From Planctomycetota bacterium (GTDB taxonomy: Bacteria; Planctomycetota; UBA1135; UBA2386), in assembly GCA_044351865.1 (NCBI GenBank), contig JBILEY010000002.1, forward strand, positions 1 through 51,328: 51,328 nt of DNA. The letters run 5' to 3'. Positions 26,643-36,326 of this stretch are shown here, in pieces. How positions within the stretch are numbered: position 1 is the first letter of the stretch; each line of letters starts with the position of its first letter. Under the pieces are notes generated by a model. That model worked only from the letters and a program-made list of their open reading frames with translations, was not told the DNA's origin and made no database searches. A program made the translations under genes and the position numbers.

Positions 26643-28025
26643 TCAGCGCGGCAGCGGCTCGCCGTCGCTGCCGTCGTTCTGCTGCGGCGCCGTGCCGCGC
26701 AGCGCCAGGGCGCGCGCCTCGACCGCGCGGAACACGCGCAGCAGGTTCTCGCCGAGCACCTTCTTCACCACAGCCTCGCTCTGGCCGGCGGCGAGCAGTT
26801 CGTAGGTCAGTCGCGGCAGGAACGTCGCGTCGTCGATGCCGTTCGGCACGCACGGCACACCGTCGAAGTCGCTGCCGAGGCCGACGTGGTCGGGGCCGGC
26901 GATCTCGAGCGCGCGCAGCACGTGGGCGACGAGGATCGCGAGCGGCGGCCGTTCGACCGGCGGGAAGCGCGCGTCGAGCCCGGCGAGCGCGTCCTTCAGT
27001 TCCTGGCTGTCGGCGGCGAACTTGTCGCGTGCGGCCTTCTCCTGGATGCGCCGCGTCTGCTCGCGGGCCGAACGGTTCTTCGCGTAGTCGGCGTCGAGGA
27101 AGCCGCAGTTGTAGTTGATCATCACCGAACCGCCGTTGGCTGCGATCGCGCGCAGCATGTCGTCGGTGACGTTGCGCGGGTGCGGGCACAAGGCGCGCAG
27201 CGAACTGTGCGAGCAGATCACCGGCGCGGTCGTCGTGCGCAGCACGTCGGCGAACGTCGCGTCGCTGACGTGGCTGACGTCGACGATCACGCCGAGGCGG
27301 TTCATCTCGGCCACGACCTTGGCGCCGAGGCGATTGAGCCCGCCCCAGCGTTTCGCCGCCGGCGCGCACGAGTCGGCGAACTCGTTGTGGTTGGTGTGCG
27401 TCAGCGTCATGTAGCGCACGCCGAGGCGGTGGAAGAGGCGCAGCAGCGCGAGATCGCCTTCGATCGCGTGGCCGCCTTCGATGCCCATCAGCGCTGCGTG
27501 CTTGCCGGCGCGCACCGCGGCCACCAGTTCGTCCGCCGACGTGCACAGCGCCATGCGGTCCTGGTTGCGATCGACGGTGCGCACGAGGCCGTCGATCATC
27601 GCCAGGGCTCGGCGCGCGCTGCCGTTCGGCGTGCCCGGCGCCGCCGGCCGCGCCCAGTCGTCGTTGATGCTCTGTGGCGGGTTGGCGAACAGCGGCTGCT
27701 CGTCGCCGTAGAAGCGGCTGTCGACGTAGATCGAGTAGAAGACCGCGTCGAGGCCGCCGTCCTTGGCGCGCGGCAGGTCGACGTGGCCGTCGTTCGCGCG
27801 CTGGCCCATGTCGAAGCCCTGGTCGAGCACGCGCGTGGTGGTGTCGATGTGGGTGTCGACGACGGTCGCTTCGTGGTGCAGGCGCCAGGCGCGTTGCCAA
27901 AGCTCGGCGCCGTAGCCGGCGGGCGGTGGCGGGCACGGCGGGATCGGCGCCTGCGCGAGGGCGTTGGCGGCGGCGAGGAGGGCGACGGCGAACGCAACGG
28001 CGAGCTTCGGCAGCGAGGGCGTCAT
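26643..28025 (-). CDS. Secreted/membrane dipeptidase, peptidase family M19
   Basis: Track ORF, 460 aa. Signal peptide. VVDTHIDT, GIEGGHAIEGDLALLRLFHRLGVRYMTLTHTNHN, VDVSHVSD and GLGSDFDG are classic renal-dipeptidase-family blocks. Confidence 0.9.
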   Translation of the reverse strand: MTPSLPKLAVAFAVALLAAANALAQAPIPPCPPPPAGYGAELWQRAWRLHHEATVVDTHIDTTTRVLDQGFDMGQRANDGHVDLPRAKDGGLDAVFYSIYVDSRFYGDEQPLFANPPQSINDDWARPAAPGTPNGSARRALAMIDGLVRTVDRNQDRMALCTSADELVAAVRAGKHAALMGIEGGHAIEGDLALLRLFHRLGVRYMTLTHTNHNEFADSCAPAAKRWGGLNRLGAKVVAEMNRLGVIVDVSHVSDATFADVLRTTTAPVICSHSSLRALCPHPRNVTDDMLRAIAANGGSVMINYNCGFLDADYAKNRSAREQTRRIQEKAARDKFAADSQELKDALAGLDARFPPVERPPLAILVAHVLRALEIAGPDHVGLGSDFDGVPCVPNGIDDATFLPRLTYELLAAGQSEAVVKKVLGENLLRVFRAVEARALALRGTAPQQNDGSDGEPLPR

Positions 28026-28131
28026 GCGGCCGGCAGCTTACGCGCAGGCGCGACATCGGGATGCCGACCATTGCGCGCCGCTCCCGGTCCCGTATGCAGG
28101 GCGCCCCGCCACGCCACCGAGGAACCCTTCT

Positions 28132-28845
28132 TTGCGTCTGTTCGCGATCAGTGACCTGCACCTGAGCTTCGGCGTCGACAAGCCGATGGACATCTTCGGG
28201 CCGCAGTGGGTCGGCCACGCCGAACGCATGCAGAAGGCGTGGGACGCCATGGTCGGTCCGGACGACTGGGTGCTGGTCGGCGGCGACACGTCGTGGGGCC
28301 TCGACCTCGCCGAGGCGAAACCCGACCTCGACTGGCTCGGCGCGCGCCCCGGCCAGAAGGTGCTGATCAAGGGCAACCACTGCACGTGGTGGCAGTCGCG
28401 CAGCAAGGTCGAGAAGGTGTTGCACCCGTCGATCCGCCTGCTGCAGAACGACGCCGTGCTGCTGCCCGACGACACCGTCGTCGTCGGCACGCGGCTGTGG
28501 GATCCGCCGGAGGCGCCGTGGGCCGACGCGCAGTCGGCGACGGTGTTCGCGCGCGAGCTCGAACGCTTCAAGCTGTCGATCCTCGCCGGCCGCAAGCTCG
28601 GCGGCTGCGTGCCCGGCGGCAAGCGCACGCTGGCGCTGGTGCACTATCCGCCGCGCTATAGCGACGGCCGCGAGACCGGTGCGGTGCCGCTGCTGAAGGA
28701 GGCGTGTGCGCAGGTCTGCGTCTACGGCCACCTGCACGGCAAGGACCACAAGTACGGCTTCCAGGGCGTCGCCGACGGCATCCGCTACTACCTCGCCGCG
28801 GTCGACGCGATCGACTTTCAGCCGATCCCGGTCGAGTTCCCGTGA
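28132..28845 (+). CDS. Metallophosphoesterase (calcineurin-like phosphoesterase)
   Basis: Real part of track ORF 27964..28845, with a TTG start at 28132 (MRLFAISDLHLSF). Motifs: DLH, GGD, GNH (IKGNHCTWW), GHLHG. Confidence 0.75.
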   Translation: MRLFAISDLHLSFGVDKPMDIFGPQWVGHAERMQKAWDAMVGPDDWVLVGGDTSWGLDLAEAKPDLDWLGARPGQKVLIKGNHCTWWQSRSKVEKVLHPSIRLLQNDAVLLPDDTVVVGTRLWDPPEAPWADAQSATVFARELERFKLSILAGRKLGGCVPGGKRTLALVHYPPRYSDGRETGAVPLLKEACAQVCVYGHLHGKDHKYGFQGVADGIRYYLAAVDAIDFQPIPVEFP

Positions 28846-28903
28846 CCGGCGAAGGCGCAGCGCGCTGCGTTACGGCGGGGCTCGTGGGCGCTACTCGAAC
28901 GCG

Positions 28904-30043
28904 ATGAACGCCATGTTCGCCCGCGCAATGCGAACGTTGCCCGTGCTCGTGCTCGCCGCGTGTGCTGCCGCTCCGGTCGGGCGGACGGACGTGCCGGCGC
29001 CGCCGACGGGCCCGGTCGCCGCGAGCGACGCGCCGCCGCGTGATCCTCGCCTCGAGTCCTTGGTCGCCGCCGGTCGCGACGCTTGCCTCGCCAAGGAGTG
29101 GGCCGCGGCGTTGCCGCTGCTCGACCAGGCCGTCGCCATGGCTGCCGACGACGTCGAAGCGCGGCGCTGGCGCGGCCATGCCTACACCGGGGCAGAGCGG
29201 CCCGCGGAGGCGTTCGCCGATCTCGAACACGCGCTGCGCTGCGGCGCCGACGACGCGTGGACGCACTACGCGCGGGCGATGGCGCTGCACAACCTGGGTC
29301 GCTTCGAGGAGGCGGTGCGCGGCTACTCCGACGCCTTGGCGATCGACCCGGCGTTCTACAAGGCGTGCGAGTGGCGCGGCTTCACGTTGGCGCGGCTCGG
29401 GCGGCCGGTCGCCGCCCTGCCCGACCTCGACCTCGCGTTGTCGCTCGATCGCGGCAATCCACGGCTGTCGGCGATCCGCGGCAAGGTGCGCGCGAGCCTG
29501 CTCGACTTCGCCGGTGCCGAAGAGGACCTGTGGCGCGCCGTCGATGCCGATGGCGCCGACGCCGACGCCGTGGCCCAGCTCGGCTACCTGCTGGCCACGG
29601 GCGCGAACTCCGACCGGGGCATCGCGCTGCTCGAACGCGCGGTGCGACTCGCGCCGGCGAAGCAGGCGGAGGCGCGCGCGTGGTTGGTGCAGCTGCTGCG
29701 CCAGCACGGTCGTGACGACGAGGCCAGCGCGCACGTGGCGGCGTTGCGCGCCGATGGCTCGCTATGGTTGCGGGCCTTGGCCGGCGGACTCGACGGGAGC
29801 CTCGACGGCGAGGCCTTGCTCGCCGCGGCGGCGTCGCCGGAGCCGGGGGCGGCGCTCGACGAACGGCCGGCGCGCCGCGTCGCGGCGTGGACGCATCGGG
29901 CCTTGCTCGCCGAGCGCGCTGGCGACGTGGCGACGGCGGTCGACGCCCACGCCCGTGCGGTCGCCGCGGTGCGCACGGAACAGTGGGAGTGGGTCTGGTC
30001 GCTGCGGCGGCTCGGCGCGCTGACCGGCGAAGGCGTGCGCTGA
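28904..30043 (+). CDS. TPR-repeat lipoprotein
   Basis: Real part of track ORF 28706..30043 from ATG 28904. Lipobox-like VLVLAAC. Repeated TPR-like helices (WRGHAYTGAERPAEAFADLEHAL, YARAMALHNLGRFEEAVRGYSDALAIDP). Confidence 0.7.
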   Translation: MNAMFARAMRTLPVLVLAACAAAPVGRTDVPAPPTGPVAASDAPPRDPRLESLVAAGRDACLAKEWAAALPLLDQAVAMAADDVEARRWRGHAYTGAERPAEAFADLEHALRCGADDAWTHYARAMALHNLGRFEEAVRGYSDALAIDPAFYKACEWRGFTLARLGRPVAALPDLDLALSLDRGNPRLSAIRGKVRASLLDFAGAEEDLWRAVDADGADADAVAQLGYLLATGANSDRGIALLERAVRLAPAKQAEARAWLVQLLRQHGRDDEASAHVAALRADGSLWLRALAGGLDGSLDGEALLAAAASPEPGAALDERPARRVAAWTHRALLAERAGDVATAVDAHARAVAAVRTEQWEWVWSLRRLGALTGEGVR

Positions 30044-30065
30044 ACTGGCGCCGCCGCGCAGCGCC

Positions 30066-30764
30066 GTGCATCCTGCCGGCATGCTGCGTGTCTGCGCCGT
30101 CGCGTCGTTGGTCCTGTTCGCTGCCTGCCAGTCGTCGAAGCCGGTGATGCCCGAAGGCGAAGGTCGCGGCGTGCTCGCCGCCGATGCGAACCCGCCCGCC
30201 GGTGCGCCGACGTGGGCGCAACCGGAATGGCGCGTCGGCGATCGCTTCGAGCTGCAGCGCGGCGACCTCGCGCGCGCCACGTTCGTCGTGGCCGGGCGTC
30301 TGCCCGATTGCTACGTGATCGACGGTGGATCCGGGCCCGGCGGCATCTCGCTGCGCCGCGGGCTCGACCTGTCGAACCTCGGCGACTTCGCCGGCAACGG
30401 CGAGCCGTTCCACCTGCTGACGCCGGCCGACGTGCGCTACCACTGGCCGCTGTGGGTCGGCAAGCGCTGGAACTGCGAGTTCGTCGACCGCGTGGTCGGC
30501 GGCGTGGCGATGCGCATGGAGGCGAGCTACGTGGTCGAGGCGCTCGACTCGGTGACGGTGCCGGCGGGCACGTTCGAAGCGCTGCGCATCGTGCGGCGCG
30601 TGCGCTTCGTCGAGGCGGGCGATCAGTACCTGACGCGCGCGCAGATCGTCTGGTATGCGCCGAGCGTCGGCAGCGAGGTGCGGCAGTTGATCGACGACAC
30701 GCTGGTCGAGATGGTGTCGTTCGAGAAGGCTCCAACGCAGGAGAGCGCGCCCGCAGCGCGCTGA
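30066..30764 (+). CDS. Lipoprotein of unknown function
   Basis: Track ORF, 232 aa. Lipobox LVLFAAC. Normal composition (W/Y/F/D-rich beta-like segments). Confidence 0.7.
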   Translation: MHPAGMLRVCAVASLVLFAACQSSKPVMPEGEGRGVLAADANPPAGAPTWAQPEWRVGDRFELQRGDLARATFVVAGRLPDCYVIDGGSGPGGISLRRGLDLSNLGDFAGNGEPFHLLTPADVRYHWPLWVGKRWNCEFVDRVVGGVAMRMEASYVVEALDSVTVPAGTFEALRIVRRVRFVEAGDQYLTRAQIVWYAPSVGSEVRQLIDDTLVEMVSFEKAPTQESAPAAR

Positions 30765-30774
30765 GGTCGCGCGG

Positions 30775-31119
30775 TCAGCGGTTGTGGCGCGTCCAGCCGG
30801 AGCGGTCCATCCAAAGGCTCTCGGCGCGACCGTCCGGCCACTCGACCGGCAGGTGTTCGAAGCCGGTGCCGGCGTTGTCCCACACGTCGCCGAACCAGAA
30901 CGCCCACGGATCGGTGATCAGCGTGTCGAGCGCCAGCGCGCCGATCGTCGCCACCGGGATCACCGGCACGATCCACAGCACGCCGTTCCAGCGCGGGCTG
31001 TTGACGTACATAGCATGGTCCCAGTCGTCGACCGAACGGCGCAGCTGGTGGGGGCCGGCGACGCAGCCGGCGAGCAAGGTGGCCAGCAGCGAGAACGAAG
31101 CGAGCGGACGCAAGCGCAT
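30775..31119 (-). CDS. Small lipoprotein/membrane protein of unknown function
   Basis: Track ORF, 114 aa. Lipobox LLAGC. Trp-rich, with one internal hydrophobic helix (VLWIVPVIPVATIGALAL). Confidence 0.65.
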   Translation of the reverse strand: MRLRPLASFSLLATLLAGCVAGPHQLRRSVDDWDHAMYVNSPRWNGVLWIVPVIPVATIGALALDTLITDPWAFWFGDVWDNAGTGFEHLPVEWPDGRAESLWMDRSGWTRHNR

Positions 31120-31162
31120 TGGTGCAGCTTAGGCGCGAGCGCGGCGGCCTCCCAGCGCGTGG

Positions 31163-31429
31163 TCAGAACGCCAGCCGCACCAACCAGGCGGCGGCCAGCA
31201 CGAGCCCCGCCGCGAGCGCGCCGTGCCACGCTTCGTCGCGGCCGAACCACAAGCCGAGGGCGATGGCGACGATCAGCACTCCGGCCTGCAGGAGCCGCCA
31301 CAGCGGATCGTTCAGCCCCGGCACGTCGACGACGCGGCCGCACGTCGGACAGGCGATCAGCCCACCGAGCTGGTCGGCTCGCGGCTCGAACGCGTGGCGG
31401 CAGTGCGGGCAGGTGACCGGATCGCGCAC
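31163..31429 (-). CDS. Zinc-ribbon membrane protein
   Basis: Track ORF, 88 aa. CPHC...CPTC (two CxxC pairs), followed by two hydrophobic helices. Confidence 0.65.
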   Translation of the reverse strand: MRDPVTCPHCRHAFEPRADQLGGLIACPTCGRVVDVPGLNDPLWRLLQAGVLIVAIALGLWFGRDEAWHGALAAGLVLAAAWLVRLAF

Positions 31430-31433
31430 GGAC

Positions 31434-32009
31434 TCAGTTGCCCTGGCGCCCTTCGATCGCGGCGAGCAGCACCGCGGCCCCGAAGACCAGGCGCGGGTCG
31501 ACCGCGGCGCCGCGCGGCATCGACACCTCGAGGCTGTAGACGAACGGGTTCCAGCGCTGCTGGAACATCGCCTGCGTGCCGTTGCCGGTCTGCAGCTGGA
31601 AGCGTTGCGGCACCAGGTTGCTGAGCAGGCGACGCAGCATCGCCATCGCCATGCTGTCCTCCTCGACCTTGCCGATCGGCGTGTCCTTGGCGTCGAGCAT
31701 CTCCCAGCTGTCGCGCAGGATCGACTTCAGGCCGCGCCGGCGCATGGCGCCCACCTTCTGCTGCGTCTCGCTGTCGACGATGTCGTAACAGGCGCTGAAG
31801 TCGACGATCTGCCGGGCGCGGATCAGCATCAGCTCCTGGGTCTGTTCCTCGTCGCGGTAGAGGCGGATGTCCTCGCGCAGCTTGAACGCCTTCTGCTTGC
31901 AGACGGCGACGATCGTGTCGCCGTCGTAGACGTGGAAGCTCGCGCCGAACAGCTTCAGGACCTTGCGGCGGAGACGGTACGAACTCAGTTCCCAGGGCTT
32001 GGCGGTCAT
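31434..32009 (-). CDS. Scramblase/LURP1/Tubby-C-like family protein
   Basis: Real part of track ORF 31434..32678 from Met (cat 32007..32009, MTAKPWELSSYRLRRKV). The repeated beta-hairpin pattern (FHVYDGDTIVAVCKQKAFKLREDIRLY, YDIVDSETQQKVGAMRRRG) is typical of the scramblase-like barrel. Family call is from memory. Confidence 0.6.
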   Translation of the reverse strand: MTAKPWELSSYRLRRKVLKLFGASFHVYDGDTIVAVCKQKAFKLREDIRLYRDEEQTQELMLIRARQIVDFSACYDIVDSETQQKVGAMRRRGLKSILRDSWEMLDAKDTPIGKVEEDSMAMAMLRRLLSNLVPQRFQLQTGNGTQAMFQQRWNPFVYSLEVSMPRGAAVDPRLVFGAAVLLAAIEGRQGN

Positions 32010-32052
32010 GACTCGGGGCAGAGGGTAGCAGTGGGCGCGGGTCTTTGCGCGG

Positions 32053-32643
32053 CTACGAGTCGACGCGCGCGGCGACGCGGCGGCCGAGGCGCAGCTGCTT
32101 GCCGTCGAGGCCGACCTGCAGCACGTGCGCGGTGCCGAAGCGGTCGCGCATGACCAGGGTCCAATGCTCTTCACGAGCCGGGCCCGACACGATCCACGCT
32201 TCGTCGACGCGGCTGCCGTGCTTGGCGCCGGTGGCGAGCACGTCCGGCGGCACCTCGGCGACCGGCAGCGTGTGCGCGCGTTCGAGCACGGTGCCGTCCG
32301 GGGCCAGCAGCACCGAGCGGCGGTGCATGGGTTGGGCGTAGGCCTTCTCGATGCGGAAGCCGGCGCCGCGCGGGCCCCATTCGCGGCCGACGAACGCCAA
32401 TTCGCCGTCGGGGGCCGTCGCTTGCAGCGCCGTGCGCACCGCCGGCGGCAGCAGTTCGATGCCGATCGGAGCGGCGGCGGCGACGATGTGGTCGCCGTCG
32501 AGCCACAGCCGCGTCTCGCTGTGCGGTGGCGCTTCCGCCAGCGCGTCCGCCAGCTGCTGGCCCCGATCGGGGCCACCGGCGCAGGCCACCAGGAACACGG
32601 GGACGAGCCGGGCGAGCAGGCCGGGCAGGGAAGGCGCGCGCAT
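32053..32643 (-). CDS. Lipoprotein of unknown function
   Basis: Real part of track ORF 32053..32880 from Met (cat 32641..32643, MRAPSLPGLLARLVPVFLVACAGG; lipobox). Confidence 0.6.
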   Translation of the reverse strand: MRAPSLPGLLARLVPVFLVACAGGPDRGQQLADALAEAPPHSETRLWLDGDHIVAAAAPIGIELLPPAVRTALQATAPDGELAFVGREWGPRGAGFRIEKAYAQPMHRRSVLLAPDGTVLERAHTLPVAEVPPDVLATGAKHGSRVDEAWIVSGPAREEHWTLVMRDRFGTAHVLQVGLDGKQLRLGRRVAARVDS

Positions 32644-32731
32644 GGCAGGAGCTTTCCCGTCGACCGGGGGCGGCGCAAGGGCGGCGGAGCCTTGATCCGC
32701 GGGGGCCGCCGCCGAGACTGGGCGGCTCGCC

Positions 32732-33355
32732 ATGATCCACCAAACGTTCGCGCAGATCGTCGACTCGCTCGCCGCCAAGACCCCGACGCCGGGTGGTGGT
32801 GCGGCCGCCGCGATGTCCGGCTGCATGGGCACCGCCCTGTTCCTGATGGTCGTCCGCTTCTCGCGCGGCAAGAAGGCCAACGTCGATCGCGAGGGCGATC
32901 TGCAGCAGGCGGAGACGCTGCTCGACGGCCACCTGAAGCGGCTCCTGCCGATGGCCGAGCGCGACTGCCGTTCGTTCGATCTGGTGTCGGCGGCCTATGG
33001 CATGCCGAAGGACGGCGACGAGCAGAAGGCGCTGCGCGAGAAGGCCATCCAGGAAGCGATGGTCGGCGCGATGGTGGTGCCGGAGGAGACGCTGTGCATG
33101 GTGCGCGACGTGTTCGTGTGCATGCAGCAGGTCGCCGGCTGCGTCGGCAAGGCGATCGTCAGCGATCTCGCCGCCGGTGCCTCGCTGCTGCTGGCTGCGG
33201 CCGAAGGCGCCTTCCTGAACGTGCGCATCAACGCCGCCTTCCTGACCAACCGCGAGCTCGCCGACAAGACGCTCGAGCGCGCCAATGCCGTGCTGGCCGA
33301 GGCCCGCCGCCACCAGCAATCGATCGCCATGTCCGTCGACAAGATGCTCGCATGA
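32732..33355 (+). CDS. Cyclodeaminase/cyclohydrolase family protein (FtcD C-terminal-domain-like)
   Basis: Track ORF, 207 aa. The N-terminal KTPTPGGGAAAAMSGCMGTALFLMV block is the hallmark of this family. Confidence 0.85.
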   Translation: MIHQTFAQIVDSLAAKTPTPGGGAAAAMSGCMGTALFLMVVRFSRGKKANVDREGDLQQAETLLDGHLKRLLPMAERDCRSFDLVSAAYGMPKDGDEQKALREKAIQEAMVGAMVVPEETLCMVRDVFVCMQQVAGCVGKAIVSDLAAGASLLLAAAEGAFLNVRINAAFLTNRELADKTLERANAVLAEARRHQQSIAMSVDKMLA

Positions 33356-34896
33356 GTTCCTCCCGCCCGCCGCTCCTCCTGTGCGTGCTCGACGGCTTCG
33401 GCGAAGCCGCGCCCGGGCCCGGCAACGCCATCCACCTCGCGTCGCCGCGCACCTGGCTCGACCTGCGCCAGAAGTGGCCGACGACGCTGCTGCAGGCCAG
33501 CGGTGAGGACGTCGGCCTGCCGTGCGGCCTGATGGGCAACAGCGAGGTCGGCCACCTGAACATCGGGGCCGGCCGCGTCGTCTACCAGGAGATCACCCGC
33601 ATCGACCGCGAGATCCGCGAGGGCCGCTTCCAGCAGAACGCGGCGCTGCGTTCGGCGATCGACCACGCGGTGCGCGGCAAGGGCGCGCTGCACCTGTTCG
33701 GCCTCGTCAGCGACGGCGGTGTGCACAGCAGCGACCAGCACCTGCTGGCCCTGTTGCGCATGGCCAAGGCCGCGGGCCTCGCCGGCGATCGCGTGGTGCT
33801 GCACGCGTTCCTCGACGGGCGCGACACGCCGCCGCGTTCGGCCCAGACCTACGTGCAGCGCGTGCTGCAGTGGATGGGCGAGACCGGCGTCGGCCGCATC
33901 GCCACGGTGATCGGCCGTTACTACGCGATGGACCGCGACAAGCGCTGGGAGCGCGTGCAGAAGGCCTACGACGCGCTGACGCTGGGCCGCGGCCACACCG
34001 CGGCGACGGCGACGGCGGCGATCGAAGCGGCCTACGCGCGCAACGAGAGCGACGAGTTCGTGCTGCCGACGATCATCGGCTCGCCGGACCACGGCCGCGT
34101 GCGCAGCGGCGACGCGGTGATCTTCTTCAACTACCGCACGGACCGCGCGCGTCAGCTGACCGACGCGTTCGTCGGCGCCGACTTCCAGGGCTTCGCGCGC
34201 ACGACGGTGCCGACGCTGCACTACGTGACGATGACGCGCTACCGCGAGGGCCTGCCGTGTCCGGTGGCGTTCCCGCCGCAGAGCCTCGACGGCATCTTTC
34301 CGCAGGTGATCAGCAAGGCCGGCATGCGGCAGCTGCGCATCGCCGAGACCGAGAAGTACGCGCACGTGACGTTCTTCTTCTCCGGCGGCGACGAGAAGGA
34401 GTATCCCGGCGAACGGCGTGTGCTGATCCCGAGCCCGAAGGTCGCGACCTACGACCTGCAGCCGGAGATGTCGGCGGTGCCGGTCACCGACGCGCTGCTG
34501 CAGGAACTGGCGTCCGGGCAGCGACCCGACGTCACCATCCTGAACTTCGCCAACGCCGACATGGTCGGCCACAGCGGCCTGGTGCCGGCGGCGGTGAAAG
34601 CGGTGCAGACGATCGACCAGTGCCTGTCGCGCATCGTGCCCGCCTACCTCGCCCTCGGCGGCACGGTCGCGATCACCGCCGACCACGGCAACGTCGAGAC
34701 GATGATCGATCCGGTGACCGGCGAGCCGCACACCGCGCACACCACCAACCCGGTGCCGCTGATGATCGCCGGCGAGGCGGTGAAGGGTCGCACGCTGAAG
34801 GGCGGTGGGCGCCTGTGCGACATCGCGACGACGCTGCTGCCGCTGCTCGGGCTGCCGAAGACCTCCGGCATGGACGGCGTGGACCTCTTCGCATGA
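33352..34896 (+). CDS. gpmI: 2,3-bisphosphoglycerate-independent phosphoglycerate mutase
   Basis: In-frame ATG 33352 inside track ORF 32125..34896; ATGA overlap with the upstream stop. Motifs: LDGFG, MGNSEVGHLNIGAGR, SDGGVHS, FLDGRDTPP, ANADMVGH, TADHGN. Confidence 0.95.
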   Translation: MSSSRPPLLLCVLDGFGEAAPGPGNAIHLASPRTWLDLRQKWPTTLLQASGEDVGLPCGLMGNSEVGHLNIGAGRVVYQEITRIDREIREGRFQQNAALRSAIDHAVRGKGALHLFGLVSDGGVHSSDQHLLALLRMAKAAGLAGDRVVLHAFLDGRDTPPRSAQTYVQRVLQWMGETGVGRIATVIGRYYAMDRDKRWERVQKAYDALTLGRGHTAATATAAIEAAYARNESDEFVLPTIIGSPDHGRVRSGDAVIFFNYRTDRARQLTDAFVGADFQGFARTTVPTLHYVTMTRYREGLPCPVAFPPQSLDGIFPQVISKAGMRQLRIAETEKYAHVTFFFSGGDEKEYPGERRVLIPSPKVATYDLQPEMSAVPVTDALLQELASGQRPDVTILNFANADMVGHSGLVPAAVKAVQTIDQCLSRIVPAYLALGGTVAITADHGNVETMIDPVTGEPHTAHTTNPVPLMIAGEAVKGRTLKGGGRLCDIATTLLPLLGLPKTSGMDGVDLFA

Positions 34897-36326
34897 ACAC
34901 CCGCTCCTTCGTCGTCGTTGCGGCGCTGTCGGCCGCGCTCCTCGCGCAGGAACCGCCGGCGGCCCCCGCACCGGTGGTCGACGTGCGCGCGCGCATCGCC
35001 CCGCTGGTCGCCGCGGTCGATCCGGCGCGCATCGAGGCCTCGGTGAAGGCGCTCGTCGGCTTCGGCACGCGCCACACGCTGTCGCGCACCGACAGCGACA
35101 CCGAAGGCGTCGGCGCCGCGCGCCGCTGGCTGCAGGCCCAGTTCGAGGCGATCGCCGCCACCAGCAACGGCCGCATGGTCGTCACCCGCCAGGAGGCGAC
35201 GGTGCCGTGCGCGCGGCCGGGCATGCCGACGCAGGTGCCGATCGTCAACGTGATCGCCACGCTGCGCGGCAGCAGCGATGCCGAACGTGTCTACGTCGTC
35301 GGTGGCCACTACGACTCGCGCAACGCGCGCGGCGAAGACAAGGAAGGGCCTGCGCCCGGCGCCGTCGACGATGCGTCCGGTACGGCGGTGGCGCTCGAGG
35401 CGTGCCGTGTGCTGGCCGCCACCACGTTCCCGGCGACGATCGTGTTCGTCGCCTACGACGCCGAGGAGCACGGCCTGCTCGGTTCGTCGGCGCACGCCGC
35501 GGCGCTTTTGGCCAGCGGCGCGCGCGTCGACGGCATGCTCGGCTGCGACATCGTCGGCAACACGCTCGGCATGGACGGCGTGCGCCGCGACGGCCACGTG
35601 CGCTGCTTCAGCTACGCCCCGAGCGGCAACGACAGCTTCGGCCGCAGCCTCGCGCGCGCGGTGACGCTGGCGGCGCGCACGCACATGCCGGACTTCGGCG
35701 TGCAACTGGTGCTGCGCGGCGATCGCTTCGGCCGCGGCGGCGACCACCGTTCGTTCTTCGAGCAGGGCTTCCCGGCGGTGCGCCTCAGCGAGCCGCGCGA
35801 GGACTTCTCGCGACAGCACCAGAACGTGTCGCAACTCGATGGCGCGCCCTACGGCGACGTCGCTGCGTTCTGCGACTTCGCCTACACCGCGAACGTGACC
35901 CGCGTCGTCGTCGCCACGTTGGCCGAGCTGGCGGTGGCGCCGCCGCCGCCGCGCGTGATCGGCGCGCAGCTGCGCCGCGATCGCTACGACACCGAGATCG
36001 TCTACGAGCTGCCGCCGAGTGCCACCGGCTGCGAGTTCGTCTGGCGACTGACCACCGACGCCGACTGGACGCACGTGGTCACCGCTGCCGAGGCGAAGCC
36101 GCGGCCGACGCGCACCAACCGCAACCTGGCGACGCTGCCGGGCGTCTGCCTCGACGACGTCGTCGTCGGCGTGCGTTCGCTCGGCCCCGACGGCAGCCGC
36201 AGCCGCGTGGTCACGCCGCCCGAGCCCGATCGCTTCGAGCAGCGGCCGAAGGCGGCCGCCAACCCCGATTCGGCCGGCCAACCCGGGCCGGCTGGCCAAC
36301 CCGAGCAAAGGCAGGAACCCCGATGA
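34893..36326 (+). CDS. Secreted M28-family aminopeptidase
   Basis: In-frame ATG 34893 inside track ORF 33522..36326; ATGA overlap. Signal peptide. Motifs: GGHYDS, VDDASGTAVALE, DAEEHGLLGS, GGDHRSF. Confidence 0.85.
   Translation: MNTRSFVVVAALSAALLAQEPPAAPAPVVDVRARIAPLVAAVDPARIEASVKALVGFGTRHTLSRTDSDTEGVGAARRWLQAQFEAIAATSNGRMVVTRQEATVPCARPGMPTQVPIVNVIATLRGSSDAERVYVVGGHYDSRNARGEDKEGPAPGAVDDASGTAVALEACRVLAATTFPATIVFVAYDAEEHGLLGSSAHAAALLASGARVDGMLGCDIVGNTLGMDGVRRDGHVRCFSYAPSGNDSFGRSLARAVTLAARTHMPDFGVQLVLRGDRFGRGGDHRSFFEQGFPAVRLSEPREDFSRQHQNVSQLDGAPYGDVAAFCDFAYTANVTRVVVATLAELAVAPPPPRVIGAQLRRDRYDTEIVYELPPSATGCEFVWRLTTDADWTHVVTAAEAKPRPTRTNRNLATLPGVCLDDVVVGVRSLGPDGSRSRVVTPPEPDRFEQRPKAAANPDSAGQPGPAGQPEQRQEPR

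Noticed and set aside
26633-26646. A small hairpin (CTGAC-ccgc-GTCAG) formed by the two convergent stop codons. A similar one lies at 30759..30780 (CGCTGA-N10-TCAGCG).
   Set aside because: The stems are only 5 to 6 bp with no T tract. They could be weak bidirectional terminators, but such structures arise easily by chance in GC-rich DNA.
25600-28749. 1049-aa minus-strand ORF.
   Set aside because: It is an Arg/Pro/Ala-rich shadow frame. It overlaps the well-supported M19 dipeptidase (a different frame on the same strand) and the plus-strand genes.
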